A stretch of 64,000 bases of DNA from a virus, in IMG/VR virus record IMGVR_UViG_3300030523_000005; one strand, written 5' to 3'. The notes under the pieces were generated by a model that ran no database searches, had not been told where the DNA came from, and saw only the letters and a list, made by a program, of their open reading frames with translations. A program made the position numbers and the translations under genes. This document shows, piece by piece, positions 1 to 9,353 of the stretch; the stretch's first letter is position 1, and every line of letters starts with the position of its first letter.

Positions 1-1305
1 CGCGCCGCGGCCGAGTCGGGCACGTTCATGGGGCCGACGCCGCGGCTAGGCTACACGCGCCTGTATCCGGCCTGGACCGGCGCCGGCAAGCGCCCCGCCG
101 GCGAGCTTGTTGTCGACGAGGCCACCGCCTGGATCGTGCGCGCGCTCTACGCCCGCTATGACCCCCTGCACGAGGGCCATGCACGGGGCGCGGCGGTATC
201 GTGTCGCTCGTTGGCGCGCTGGATGAATACTGATCCACGCGTACCCGCGCCGCGTGAGTGCGCCGCCTGGGCCGATCATCATGTCCGGGCCGTGCTGCGT
301 TCCGTGGTCTATAAAGGGTGGGTCAGCTACGACAAAACGCCGCAGGGAGCCTACGAACGCGCGGCTCTGGACGGCAGTGATTACTACGCGGGACCGGGCC
401 GGCATGAGGCGCTCATCGATCCCGCGCAGTGGCAGCGGGTGCAAGAGCGTATGGACACGATCGGTCACGCGCCCGGTCAGGCGCGCCGGCGGCATGTCTG
501 GCTGGGGGCCGACCTGCTGCGGTGCGCCGGCTGCGGCGCGGTGATGCGCGCGAACGTCCCGGCCACGATCCCGCACCACAAGGGCTCCTATTTGTGCCGC
601 ACGCGTGGGCGCGGAACGGGCGCCTGCGCCACCCCTGGCTATCGCATGGACCTGGCCGACGCGGCGCTCGTGGCCCAGGTGGCGCGGCTGCGGGGACGCC
701 CCTGGACCCGTGAGGCGGCGCGGCGCCTGGGCGAGGCCCGGCCCGGCCAGCGTCCCGCCGATGTGAGCCGCATCCAGCGTGATATCACCGCGACGCGCCT
801 GACGCTGCGTGACCAGGCGGCGGCGCTGGCCGCCCTGGGCGCGGACATCGACCCCGCCGCCATCAGCGCGTTCCGCGCCCTCGCCGCCGAGACGGGCGCC
901 CGTCTGGCCGCGCTCGACGAGCAACGGGCGCTGGCGACGCGGAGCGCGCCGCCGCTGGCCGATCTGCGCGCCCTCTATACCGAGGTCACGCGGCAGGATT
1001 TGACGGTCGGGCTCGCGCGCCTCGACTACGCGCACGATCCGGAGGACCGGGCGCTGGTGCGGCGCCTGCTCACCCGCCTGGTGGCCTCCGCCGTGGTCGT
1101 GGAGCGGCGGCCGGAGCGCCATGCACGCTGGCTGCGCGTGGAGGTGACGTGGACCGAAGGCGTGCGCGATCTGCTCGACGCGGGGCTGCTCACGCTGGAC
1201 CCGGCGCCGGAGCCGCCCGTGTTCGCGACACCGATGGAGCTGCGGACAGCGGCACAGCGGCGCTGGCGTGAGCGGAAACAGACAGGCGCTATTGCTGAGG
1301 AATGA
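1..1305 (+). CDS. Large serine recombinase (integrase), recombinase and zinc-ribbon domains, 5' part outside window
   Basis: Frame open from base 1 (RAAAESGTFMGPTPRLGY); motifs GRHEALID..QWQRVQ, LLRCAGCG, YLC..C; coiled-coil C-terminus. Confidence 0.88.
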   Translation, partial: RAAAESGTFMGPTPRLGYTRLYPAWTGAGKRPAGELVVDEATAWIVRALYARYDPLHEGHARGAAVSCRSLARWMNTDPRVPAPRECAAWADHHVRAVLRSVVYKGWVSYDKTPQGAYERAALDGSDYYAGPGRHEALIDPAQWQRVQERMDTIGHAPGQARRRHVWLGADLLRCAGCGAVMRANVPATIPHHKGSYLCRTRGRGTGACATPGYRMDLADAALVAQVARLRGRPWTREAARRLGEARPGQRPADVSRIQRDITATRLTLRDQAAALAALGADIDPAAISAFRALAAETGARLAALDEQRALATRSAPPLADLRALYTEVTRQDLTVGLARLDYAHDPEDRALVRRLLTRLVASAVVVERRPERHARWLRVEVTWTEGVRDLLDAGLLTLDPAPEPPVFATPMELRTAAQRRWRERKQTGAIAEE

Positions 1306-2266
1306 TAGGCGCGATGTCCTTGAGATTCACGTTAAGGGTGACCGCCTCACCAGCCAAAGGAATCGCAGCCGCGTCTGACGCTCCCTGTGCAGCCGACAAT
1401 TGGTTGCGTACCTCGGCAGCATCGGCCACGTCAGTTGGATCGTTGAGTACCTTCATGGCCGCGCCCCACGCGTGTCCTTCATCATCAGCCCACGCTGACA
1501 ACGCGTTCTGTGTATCATCCATGTGCGCGCTGGAGAGGCTTCCGGGAATGCTCTCTATAGCTATCGTGCCGTTTGCTTGCTCGCACACATCATGCGCGGT
1601 TGAGGCGTCCTGGTAGGCCGTTACGCTATCGCCGCCATTCGCCGCCGCCTGGATAGACGACGCGGCGGTTTTGGATGCGTCCGCGCAGTTTTGTTGATCG
1701 CCGATAAGATGAGCATAGAACCCCTTAAAGTCGATAGTCTGCTGTGTGGTTTGTGCGGTCTGCGTCGCCTGAGCAGACGCTTTAGCGGCCGCTTTAGCGG
1801 CAGCGGCCTGAACCCGTGCCTGCGCGGCCTGAGCCCTCGATCTCGCCGCTTGAGCGTCTGCCTCACGTCGTGCCGTCGCCGTCGCGACGACGGATATATG
1901 CCGAGCCGTCCGTGTCGCGACCACACGCTGATGCGCTGAGAGAGGGCGAGGTATTGGCGCCGCTATTAGGGCAACTGTTGGAACGACGGTTCGCGCGATG
2001 CGTGGCGCGACGGGAGCCGCCGCCGCGGACGGTGCGGGTGTCGCCGAATTCGATACAGCATTTCCGACCGCACTCAGCAGCAAAAACCCTCCAAACCCAA
2101 TCGCCGCGACTTTTAGGAGACCCTTTCCGCGTGACCGTTCCTTCGGACGTGGAGCCGTCGCCGGCGTAGGTGGCCGCACTGCGGCTTTGAGGAGCGCTGC
2201 GCCGCAGTGCGCGCAAAACTGGCCGGTGGGAGGATTGGGAGCGCCACATTTGCCGCAGTACATCAA
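1289..2266 (-). CDS. Zinc-ribbon membrane protein (immunity-region accessory gene)
   Basis: N-terminal YCGKCG..FCAHCG double CxxC, one TM helix, Ala-rich linker, helical C-terminal domain. Confidence 0.7.
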   Translation of the reverse strand: MMYCGKCGAPNPPTGQFCAHCGAALLKAAVRPPTPATAPRPKERSRGKGLLKVAAIGFGGFLLLSAVGNAVSNSATPAPSAAAAPVAPRIARTVVPTVALIAAPIPRPLSAHQRVVATRTARHISVVATATARREADAQAARSRAQAAQARVQAAAAKAAAKASAQATQTAQTTQQTIDFKGFYAHLIGDQQNCADASKTAASSIQAAANGGDSVTAYQDASTAHDVCEQANGTIAIESIPGSLSSAHMDDTQNALSAWADDEGHAWGAAMKVLNDPTDVADAAEVRNQLSAAQGASDAAAIPLAGEAVTLNVNLKDIAPIIPQQ

Positions 2267-2405
2267 TTATCACCTTTCGCGTATTCTTTGCATTCCCTCT
2301 CTCTATCGGCCCATACCCCTGGCGCCCGCACCCACCGAACGGCTATAAAAGAGGTAGCTACTCGTCTACCCCTGACAAAAACTGTCAGCTATCCACGCGT
2401 GTTTG

Positions 2406-2434
2406 TTGACGAACCAGGCAAAGCGTGGTAGGTT
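2406..2434 (+). promoter_or_regulatory. Sigma70-like promoter pointing toward the repressor 3' end
   Basis: TTGACG-17 nt-TAGGTT with TG just upstream of the -10 element. Confidence 0.4.
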
Positions 2435-2605
2435 TATGGGACAAGCGTTCTATTACAAAAGGCGTCGCCCAGCCCAGCGATGCGGAAAAGGGTGGTTAGA
2501 TCGTGTCTGAGGATGAACTTAGCGCGCTGGAACAAGTCCTTGATCGCCCCGATGTGTTTCAGTCGTTGGTTGACCGTTTACCGGACCCGCAAGCAATTAA
2601 GGGCC

Positions 2606-3040
2606 TTAAGGCTTGGGGGCTTCGCCGGGGTTTATATTCAACAGACCCGCGCGAAGTCCCTGCGCGATCCACGTCGTCAACTCATCAATCGCACCCGTAG
2701 ACGCTCCCTCAAAAAGGTCGAGCACCTGGCGTTGCTGGTCACTAAGTGACACACGTTCGCCGTTGGTTATATCTTCATCGCGCAACACATCAAGCGCCAT
2801 GAGCATCTTCACCATCGGTATGTCTGCCTTGTCGCGCAACGTAAAGAGCGTTCGCCATGCCGGTAATGTATCACCGCGTCTAAACATGGCCGTGAGCGTG
2901 ACGACATCTAGCCCAATCGACTCCGCGAGGCCGCGATAGTACGGCTCTTGACCACGCATCGTGCCAAGGCGTCGACACGCGTCGTCAATCAGGCGCTTCA
3001 TATAGAGCCTGTTGGGCGCCACATCTTCCGCATCAGCCAT
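2606..3040 (-). CDS. CI-like XRE HTH repressor
   Basis: HTH-like YRGLAESIGLDVVTLTAMFRRGDTLP; divergent from a cro-like gene; start chosen from GGGGTG RBS. Confidence 0.65.
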   Translation of the reverse strand: MADAEDVAPNRLYMKRLIDDACRRLGTMRGQEPYYRGLAESIGLDVVTLTAMFRRGDTLPAWRTLFTLRDKADIPMVKMLMALDVLRDEDITNGERVSLSDQQRQVLDLFEGASTGAIDELTTWIAQGLRAGLLNINPGEAPKP

Positions 3041-3089
3041 AACTATCACCCCGCGCATCATCCTCCCAAAACTTCCCCTCATTAGTCTA

Positions 3090-3150
3090 TTGCAATCATG
3101 CTCGCATTAGTGCTATCATGTTTGTATGAACGTAATCGCGTTCGTACAAA
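3090..3150 (+). promoter_or_regulatory. Lytic (PR-like) promoter and operator palindrome
   Basis: TTGCAA(3090)-18 nt-TATCAT(3114); inverted repeat tttgtatgaacg/cgttcgtacaaa at 3121-3150 with one mismatch. Confidence 0.55.
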
Positions 3151-3172
3151 CCTAATGGCTCTGGAGGTGAGC

Positions 3173-3430
3173 ATGAACAAACCACCCCATCTACGCCGCT
3201 GGATGGAAGAGCGCGGGCAGAGATCCGATGTGATCGCGCGTGAGATAGGCATGACATACGCCACATTCTCCCGACGACTCAAAGGCGACAGCGCTTTTCG
3301 TCTCGCTGAAGCGCATAAAATCTGTGCGTTCCTCAACGTGCCCTACGGCGTGTTATTCCCCGACAACGATGGCATTGACCCCCGCGACATCGAGGCGCTC
3401 CAGTACGCGTCGTTAGTCGGTGTGGCATGA
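3173..3430 (+). CDS. Cro-like HTH regulator
   Basis: IAREIGMTYATFSRRLKGDSAFRLAEAHKICAFLNV; GGAGGTG RBS. Confidence 0.8.
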   Translation: MNKPPHLRRWMEERGQRSDVIAREIGMTYATFSRRLKGDSAFRLAEAHKICAFLNVPYGVLFPDNDGIDPRDIEALQYASLVGVA

Positions 3431-4158
3431 CCACGCCGATGACAGACCCCACTACCAATATCGACACACACGCGCCAGCCGTGGAGTTGACGCCAGCCGC
3501 GCAAGAGATGCTCGACTTCCTGAGCGGCTGGATGCATGACTGTGTGCGGCGCCAGTGGGAGAAGAAAGCACGAGAGGAGGAGCAGAGGAGACAACAAGAG
3601 GCAACTGCCCGACCTGAACACGAAACTACACCAGGTCGCCAAATCCCTCTACTTGCCGAGGACAATCAAACGATACGAGCATTCGCTATCGTTGACGCTG
3701 ATGATTTCGATGCGCTTAACCAGCATGTATGGCGACTCCATTCATGTGGTTACGCCGTACGATGCGATAACGGAACGCATATTTTCATGCATCGCATCAT
3801 CATGGACGCTGACCCAGCCCTGGACGTGGATCACCGTAACCGTGATCGCCTCGACAACCGCAGATCAAACCTACGGATGGCTAGTCGATCACAAAACAAC
3901 GCGAATCGTGCGCACAGCGGTAAGGGCAAGAGCATCTATCAAGGTGTCGCGTGGTCGAAACGCCACAGTAAATGGATAGCTCAAATCCAACAGAACGGCC
4001 AACGGGTTCAGGTCGGAACCTTCACAACAGAGGATGACGCCGCGAGAGCGTACAACGACGCGGCTATAGCGCGGTTTGGAGAGTTCGCGCGACTCAACAC
4101 GGTAAACACAAAGAGGCAACCGCCTAACCCTTCCACAGATGTAGCAGTTGCCTCGTAG
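3427..4158 (+). CDS. HNH endonuclease with C-terminal AP2 DNA-binding domain
   Basis: MHRIIM..VDHRNRDRLDNRRSNLR (HNH) and YQGVAWSKRHSKWIAQI..VGTFTTEDDAARAYNDAA..FGEFARLN (AP2). Confidence 0.92.
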   Translation: MTTPMTDPTTNIDTHAPAVELTPAAQEMLDFLSGWMHDCVRRQWEKKAREEEQRRQQEATARPEHETTPGRQIPLLAEDNQTIRAFAIVDADDFDALNQHVWRLHSCGYAVRCDNGTHIFMHRIIMDADPALDVDHRNRDRLDNRRSNLRMASRSQNNANRAHSGKGKSIYQGVAWSKRHSKWIAQIQQNGQRVQVGTFTTEDDAARAYNDAAIARFGEFARLNTVNTKRQPPNPSTDVAVAS

Positions 4159-4220
4159 CCCCACATCATCAAATGTCAGAGCTGCTTCCAGTGTAGCAGC
4201 ATCCCATGAGGAGTCTCGCG

Positions 4221-4700
4221 ATGCATACCCACACGACCCCCTTTCGCGGTCAGCAGACCACACCCCCGACCCACCCACTCATCCGCTTGCCCCAAGCCGC
4301 GCTGCCCCATTGGACGCGGCCTATGATCCGGCCCACCGGCGACCGGCCGCGCGTCTATGCTGTGCGCTCGGCGTCACGCGCCGACCTCACCCATAAAGTC
4401 GATATGGTGGTGCAACGGTGCGATTGTGAGGACTATGAGTACCGAAATCGCGACACGTTTCCGCTCGGTCATGAGTTGCGCGCGTGCAGCCATATCCTCG
4501 ACGTCGAGGACTACGAGCGGGAGCAGTCCGGCCTTGAGCTGACGGCGACGGCTGAGGCGGCGCGCTGCGTGGTATGCGGAGCTCCAGCCGTGCCGGGCGG
4601 CATCCACTGCCGCGTGACGAGCTGGGGCCGTGGCTACTGCGCCCAAACGACGACGCGGGCCAGGCAGGCGGTCGATGAGCTGTGCGGGGAGGCGATGTGA
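4221..4700 (+). CDS. SWIM zinc-finger protein
   Basis: CDCEDYEYR..CSH motif plus a second CxxC..C. Confidence 0.65.
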   Translation: MHTHTTPFRGQQTTPPTHPLIRLPQAALPHWTRPMIRPTGDRPRVYAVRSASRADLTHKVDMVVQRCDCEDYEYRNRDTFPLGHELRACSHILDVEDYEREQSGLELTATAEAARCVVCGAPAVPGGIHCRVTSWGRGYCAQTTTRARQAVDELCGEAM

Positions 4701-6013
4701 TGAGCGACACATCAACCCGCGCCGTCACGCTCACGCAACCCCACGCCGACCTACCCAGCGCCTCCGAGTTCGAAGTTATGCAGCGCATGTCGCGCATGTT
4801 CCAGGAATCAGGTCTCTACAAAAACGTCGCCAATGTGGCCCAGACCATCGCCATTGTTCAGACGGGCCGCGAGTTGGGTATCGGCCCGTCGATGGCGCTC
4901 CGCGAGATGTACATCATCCCTGGTCAGGGCCGGCCGACTCTCTCGGCGGCGCTGCTGGGCGCGCTCGTGCAGCGCGACCATGGCGACGGCGCGATTCGCG
5001 TCGTCGAGAGTACGAACGACGTCTGTCGCGTGCAGTATCGGCGGCGCTCCTGGGAGAAGCCGCAGGAGATCATGTTCACAATGGAGGACGCCCGCCGCGC
5101 CGAACTAGTCAAGGCCAAATCGAATTGGGAGAAGTACCCGCGCGCCATGTTACGTTCGCGAGCCGTGAGCGAGGCGTGTCGCGCGGGGTTCTCTGATTCG
5201 ATCATGGGGCTCTACAGCACGGAGGAACTCGCTCCCGATAGCGTGACGGTGACACCGGACGGCGAGATCGTCTACGAAGCAAGCGCCACCGCTGATAGCG
5301 AGATCATCGAAGGTGAGCAGGTCGTTGAGCAGCAGCCCCACGCTGTGCCAGACCCACCGGCCGACGAGCAGGCCGCCGCGAAAGAACAGGCGCGCCAGTT
5401 AGCCACGCGCATCAACGGGCTGTGCGACGCGCTCTCGCGCGCACGACCACAGGGCACCCAGGGCCTGGCCCAACTCGGCACGGCCCTGGGCCTGCACGCG
5501 CCAGAGGACGGCCGTTTTTCGGTCGAATGGCGTGAGCAAGTCATCGTGCGCCTCGAGCACAAACTGGCCGAGCGGCGCGCCGCCGAGTTGGCGCCGCCTA
5601 TCGTGACAGGTCCGCCGACCGCGGACACCGAGACAACGCCGGCGCCGTCCGGGGAGCCGTGGGGCGAGCCCGACGTCCTCAACGCCCTGGCCGCCGCCAA
5701 TGCCGAGGACATAGAGGGCATCGCGCTCGCGATCATCGACGCGCATGGCGCCGGCACACTCACCGACGACACGGCCAGCGCGCTCGCGGCGTGCGTGGAC
5801 CTGGCCGAACGTGCGTTTAAGGCGACGACGGCGGGCCAAATCGCCCAAGTAGAGATCGACGCCAAAGCAAGCACTCTGCTCAACGTTGACCAGTATGAGG
5901 CCGTTGTGGCGCTCACGCGGCGCGTGCGGGCCTTGCGCGGCTGGGCGGGTACGAACGGGACCACTAGCCGGCAAGCGGCTGTGGCGGCGACAGCGGGAAC
6001 AGGGGGACGCTAA
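4700..6013 (+). CDS. recT: RecT/Red-beta-like single-strand annealing protein with long C-terminal extension
   Basis: GRELGIGPSMAL..IIPGQGRPTLSA, FTMEDARRAEL..NWEKYPRAMLRSRAVSEACRAGF..GLYSTEEL. Confidence 0.75.
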   Translation: MSDTSTRAVTLTQPHADLPSASEFEVMQRMSRMFQESGLYKNVANVAQTIAIVQTGRELGIGPSMALREMYIIPGQGRPTLSAALLGALVQRDHGDGAIRVVESTNDVCRVQYRRRSWEKPQEIMFTMEDARRAELVKAKSNWEKYPRAMLRSRAVSEACRAGFSDSIMGLYSTEELAPDSVTVTPDGEIVYEASATADSEIIEGEQVVEQQPHAVPDPPADEQAAAKEQARQLATRINGLCDALSRARPQGTQGLAQLGTALGLHAPEDGRFSVEWREQVIVRLEHKLAERRAAELAPPIVTGPPTADTETTPAPSGEPWGEPDVLNALAAANAEDIEGIALAIIDAHGAGTLTDDTASALAACVDLAERAFKATTAGQIAQVEIDAKASTLLNVDQYEAVVALTRRVRALRGWAGTNGTTSRQAAVAATAGTGGR

Positions 6014-6456
6014 TGGCGAAAATCTATCTGGCCGCGCGCTACGCACGCCGCGAGGAGTTGCTTACCTACCGCGCTGACCTGGAGGCGATGGGCCACACCG
6101 TGACCAGCCGCTGGCTCAACGGCAGCCATCAGATCAGCGATGAGGGTTTGAGCGCGGAGGGCACGCGGGAGGAACGCGAGCGGTTCGCGCTGGAGGACTG
6201 GAACGACCTCTCCGAGGCGTCCCACTGCATCACGTTCACGGAGGAGCCACGCGTCAGCAACAGCCGGGGCGGAAGGCACGTCGAGGCGGGCGCGGCGCTG
6301 GCTTGGCGTAAACAATTGACCGTCGTCGGTCCGCTCGAAAATGTCTTTTATTGTCTCGGAGATGTCGAGCACTTCGACGACTGGGCGGCGTTGTTGGACG
6401 TGTACGGCTGGGCGCACTTCGAGCCCCTGCCGCCGTCGTTAGAGGTGACCGCATGA
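6013..6456 (+). CDS. Nucleoside 2-deoxyribosyltransferase-like protein
   Basis: KIYLAARY..GHTVTSRW..D..GGRHVEAGAALA..VVGP.ENVFY pattern. Confidence 0.55.
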   Translation: MAKIYLAARYARREELLTYRADLEAMGHTVTSRWLNGSHQISDEGLSAEGTREERERFALEDWNDLSEASHCITFTEEPRVSNSRGGRHVEAGAALAWRKQLTVVGPLENVFYCLGDVEHFDDWAALLDVYGWAHFEPLPPSLEVTA

Positions 6457-6755
6457 GCAACCTGAAACGCCCGATCATTCTCCGGCCCGAGGATTACCAA
6501 CCCATCAGCTTTCCCCAGGGGACCGCACGCCCGGTGCGCCGCTCGTCGCCCTACCGCCGCCCGCGGCGGACCGTGGCCGCCGAGATGTGGCTCCGTCGTC
6601 GTTCACTGGCCCGCCGCGCCTGGCGTCGGAGGGTCAAACCATTGGAGGCGCTGGGCGCGCTCCTGATCGTCGTGCCCGGCGTGGGGTTCTACGCCTGGGC
6701 GCTCTGGCAAAGCGTGCCCGTCGTGGCCGACTGGCTCACCCACATCCATCTCTAA
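6453..6755 (+). CDS. Hypothetical membrane protein
   Basis: Coupled ATGA start; basic N-terminus and one C-terminal TM helix. Confidence 0.55.
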   Translation: MSNLKRPIILRPEDYQPISFPQGTARPVRRSSPYRRPRRTVAAEMWLRRRSLARRAWRRRVKPLEALGALLIVVPGVGFYAWALWQSVPVVADWLTHIHL

Positions 6756-6768
6756 TCGACGGCATAGA

Positions 6769-6809
6769 CCAGGGGCCGGACACGCGGGCTGTACGCATCC
6801 GGCCCCTGG
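6769..6809. repeat. 12-bp perfect inverted repeat (hairpin)
   Basis: ccaggggccgga / tccggcccctgg in an intergenic gap. Confidence 0.6.
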
Positions 6810-6827
6810 GAAAGGTGACATAACATC

Positions 6828-7331
6828 ATGATACAGGATCATGAGGGAAACGCGCCTCAAAACGCGCACAATCGCATAGAAAACCCCCAATTTGTCTGCG
6901 ATTATTCTTTGAATCGTGCGACGCGCTACGGGCCGGGCGAGGTGTCGCTCACGCCCAACGCGCTCACGACGCGCAACCTGCCCTATTTCCTCCTGGACAT
7001 CGACCGTGAGGCAGCCGTCGCGTACGCCGTGCTGGCGCGCGACGCCGGCGTGCGCCTGGCGCACGCGATCCCGACCGACCCGGAGATCGTCGTGTGTCCG
7101 TCGCCGCTGCCCGACTGGACAACACCGCGCCTGAACAGTGACCTCCAACGTGGCCTACGTGACCTGCTCGTACAGGGGCTGGCCTGGAGTCTCCAACCGC
7201 ATGCGTTAGACGGTCTCGTGCCTCCGCTGAGGCCGCCCTACGCGTTGTATTGGTCCCATGTTATCCCGACGGCGGAGATCCTCGCGGCGCTCCAGAACCA
7301 GTCGCGGGAAGAAGGAGCGGGGTTGCGCTGA
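6828..7331 (+). CDS. Hypothetical protein
   Basis: 167-aa ORF with AAGGTG RBS; stop overlaps the primase start. Confidence 0.55.
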   Translation: MIQDHEGNAPQNAHNRIENPQFVCDYSLNRATRYGPGEVSLTPNALTTRNLPYFLLDIDREAAVAYAVLARDAGVRLAHAIPTDPEIVVCPSPLPDWTTPRLNSDLQRGLRDLLVQGLAWSLQPHALDGLVPPLRPPYALYWSHVIPTAEILAALQNQSREEGAGLR

Positions 7332-8260
7332 TGACACCCTTTGAGACCATGACGGCGCGGGGCATCACACCGGCGACGCTCGCGGCGTTCGGCGTCGTGG
7401 CGACGACACACCACGGCCGGCCCGCGCTACGCTATCCCATTCGGTTACCCGATGGGACGCCCGTGGGCCGGCGCGTCAAGTACACCGACGGCCGTGAACC
7501 CAAGGCTTTCTGGCCGGGTGGGTGCGCCGAGGGCGACATCGCAACCCAGGCACTCTACGGGGCCGACCTGATCATGGCAAACCTGGCCCATCCCCGGACA
7601 CTCTTCGTCGTCGAGGGGGAGCCCGACGCGTGGTTGATGCACAGCTTAGGGTTGCCGGCGGTCTCGCTGCTGCGCGGAGCGGGTGGCGCCGTATCCGACC
7701 ACGCGCGCTACGCCCTGGATCTCCTGGCGCCCGCGCGCGTCTACGTGGTCTACGACACCGATCAACCAGGACGACGCGGCGGCGTGCGTGTCGCGCGTGA
7801 CCTTATGACGCCAGGCCGTGCGGTCCAGGCGCTGCGCCTCCCCGACGGCCTTGGCGAGGGTGGTGACGTGACCGACCTCTACGCCTGGTGCGGTCACAAT
7901 CGCGCGCGCTTCGTCGCGGCGCTGGCGTCGCTCTCACCGCTGCCGATTCCAGCCGAACGGCGCCTCAGCGGAGGCCGATCGCCACGGCCAGCCTCGCCGC
8001 CACCAGGACATGACGACTACGCGGACTACAAGCACACGCACCCCCTGGAGCGTTTTGTCGAAGAGTTGACGGGACGAGAGGGCAAGCCCTGCGGGCACGA
8101 GCTCGTGTGGCGCTGCATGCTACCCGGCCACGACGACCGGACGCCCAGTTTCTCCGTCAACCCTGAGAAGGGGCTCTACTTTTGTTATGGCTGCGGCCGT
8201 GGAGGCGACATCATCACGCTTATGACCATGCTCGGCCGGGATGCGCGGGTGAGCGCATGA
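7331..8260 (+). CDS. TOPRIM (DnaG-like) primase with C-terminal CHC2 zinc finger
   Basis: LFVVEGEPDAW, VYVVYDTDQPG..GG, GGDVTD; C-terminal CMLPGHDDRTPSFSV..YFCYGCGRGGDII. Confidence 0.88.
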   Translation: MTPFETMTARGITPATLAAFGVVATTHHGRPALRYPIRLPDGTPVGRRVKYTDGREPKAFWPGGCAEGDIATQALYGADLIMANLAHPRTLFVVEGEPDAWLMHSLGLPAVSLLRGAGGAVSDHARYALDLLAPARVYVVYDTDQPGRRGGVRVARDLMTPGRAVQALRLPDGLGEGGDVTDLYAWCGHNRARFVAALASLSPLPIPAERRLSGGRSPRPASPPPGHDDYADYKHTHPLERFVEELTGREGKPCGHELVWRCMLPGHDDRTPSFSVNPEKGLYFCYGCGRGGDIITLMTMLGRDARVSA

Positions 8261-9264
8261 CGGTCGATTCCTATCTCCACGACTTTGACGAGATCCGCCG
8301 GCGCAAAGAGAGCGAGCGCCAGGCGCAACAGCCATCCAGCCGTTTTTCATATATGAGTATCGACGATCTGCTCGACCTGCCCGAACCCACACACCGTTTC
8401 CTGCTCGGGGACATCCTGCCGGCGGCGGGATCGAGCCTACTCATCGCCAAGCCCAAGGTCGGCAAGTCGACCCTGGCCCAACAGTTGGCGGTCTCGGTGG
8501 CGCGCGGCGGAAAGTTTTTTGGCAAGGGTGTGCGCCAGGGGGTGGTTCTGTACCACGCCTTCGAGGAGCAGAATACCGAGGTCGCGCGCGCTTTCCGCAT
8601 GGCGATGGTCGAACGCGGCTTACCCGGCTACTTCCACTTTGGGGACATGCCGGAGGACCGCTGGGACGCGCTGAACGCCGCCGTGGCGAGCTACAAGCCC
8701 ACCCTGGTCATCATTGACACACTGGCCTACTGGATGGCGATCAAGGACTTCAACGACTACGCCCAGGTCGGCGACGCGCTTAAGCCCCTCCATCGTTTCG
8801 CGCGGACACATGACACCCATGTGATGGCCGTGCATCACATGGGCAAAAACGGTGAGTCGCCCCTGGGCAGCACGGCGCTCTCCGCGAACGTCGACACGAT
8901 CATGATGCTCTCTGAGACCGAGCAAGGCCGCGTGCTGGATACCAGACAACGCTACGGCGACGCGCTACCTAAGACGCTCCTGGCGTTCGACAAGGCCACA
9001 CGCACCCTTTCGCTGGCGGGGACTGTTCAGGATGTCAAGCGCGTGTCGTTCGAGGATGAGGTGCTCGGCGCCATTGGACGGCGCACGATGCTGGAGACTG
9101 AACTGCGTGGCATCCTGGAGTGCGACAAATCACGCCTCACCTCCACCCTTAACGCGCTCGTCGGGGCCAACATTATCGTACGCACGGGGTCCGGGGTACG
9201 CAACAGCCCTTACATGTACCAGGTCGTGCAGGCCCCGAATGAAAACGATGATTACGCATTTTAA
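8257..9264 (+). CDS. RepA/AAA_25-family replicative helicase
   Basis: Walker A AKPKVGKS, Walker B LVIIDTL, VHHMGK..GSTAL. Confidence 0.88.
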   Translation: MTVDSYLHDFDEIRRRKESERQAQQPSSRFSYMSIDDLLDLPEPTHRFLLGDILPAAGSSLLIAKPKVGKSTLAQQLAVSVARGGKFFGKGVRQGVVLYHAFEEQNTEVARAFRMAMVERGLPGYFHFGDMPEDRWDALNAAVASYKPTLVIIDTLAYWMAIKDFNDYAQVGDALKPLHRFARTHDTHVMAVHHMGKNGESPLGSTALSANVDTIMMLSETEQGRVLDTRQRYGDALPKTLLAFDKATRTLSLAGTVQDVKRVSFEDEVLGAIGRRTMLETELRGILECDKSRLTSTLNALVGANIIVRTGSGVRNSPYMYQVVQAPNENDDYAF

Positions 9265-9272
9265 AGGGTCCG

Positions 9273-9339
9273 CTTTCACCGTTTCTGTTTTGGCTGATTA
9301 TAGTCTAGCAAAACAGAAACAGAAACAAGAAGTGAAAAG
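9273..9339. repeat. AT-rich inverted and direct repeats downstream of the helicase (candidate ori)
   Basis: gtttctgttttg(9281-9292)/caaaacagaaac(9309-9320) perfect IR; repeated cagaaa; outer ctttcac/gtgaaa arms. Confidence 0.45.
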
Positions 9340-9353
9340 GGAGGTTGCACTTT

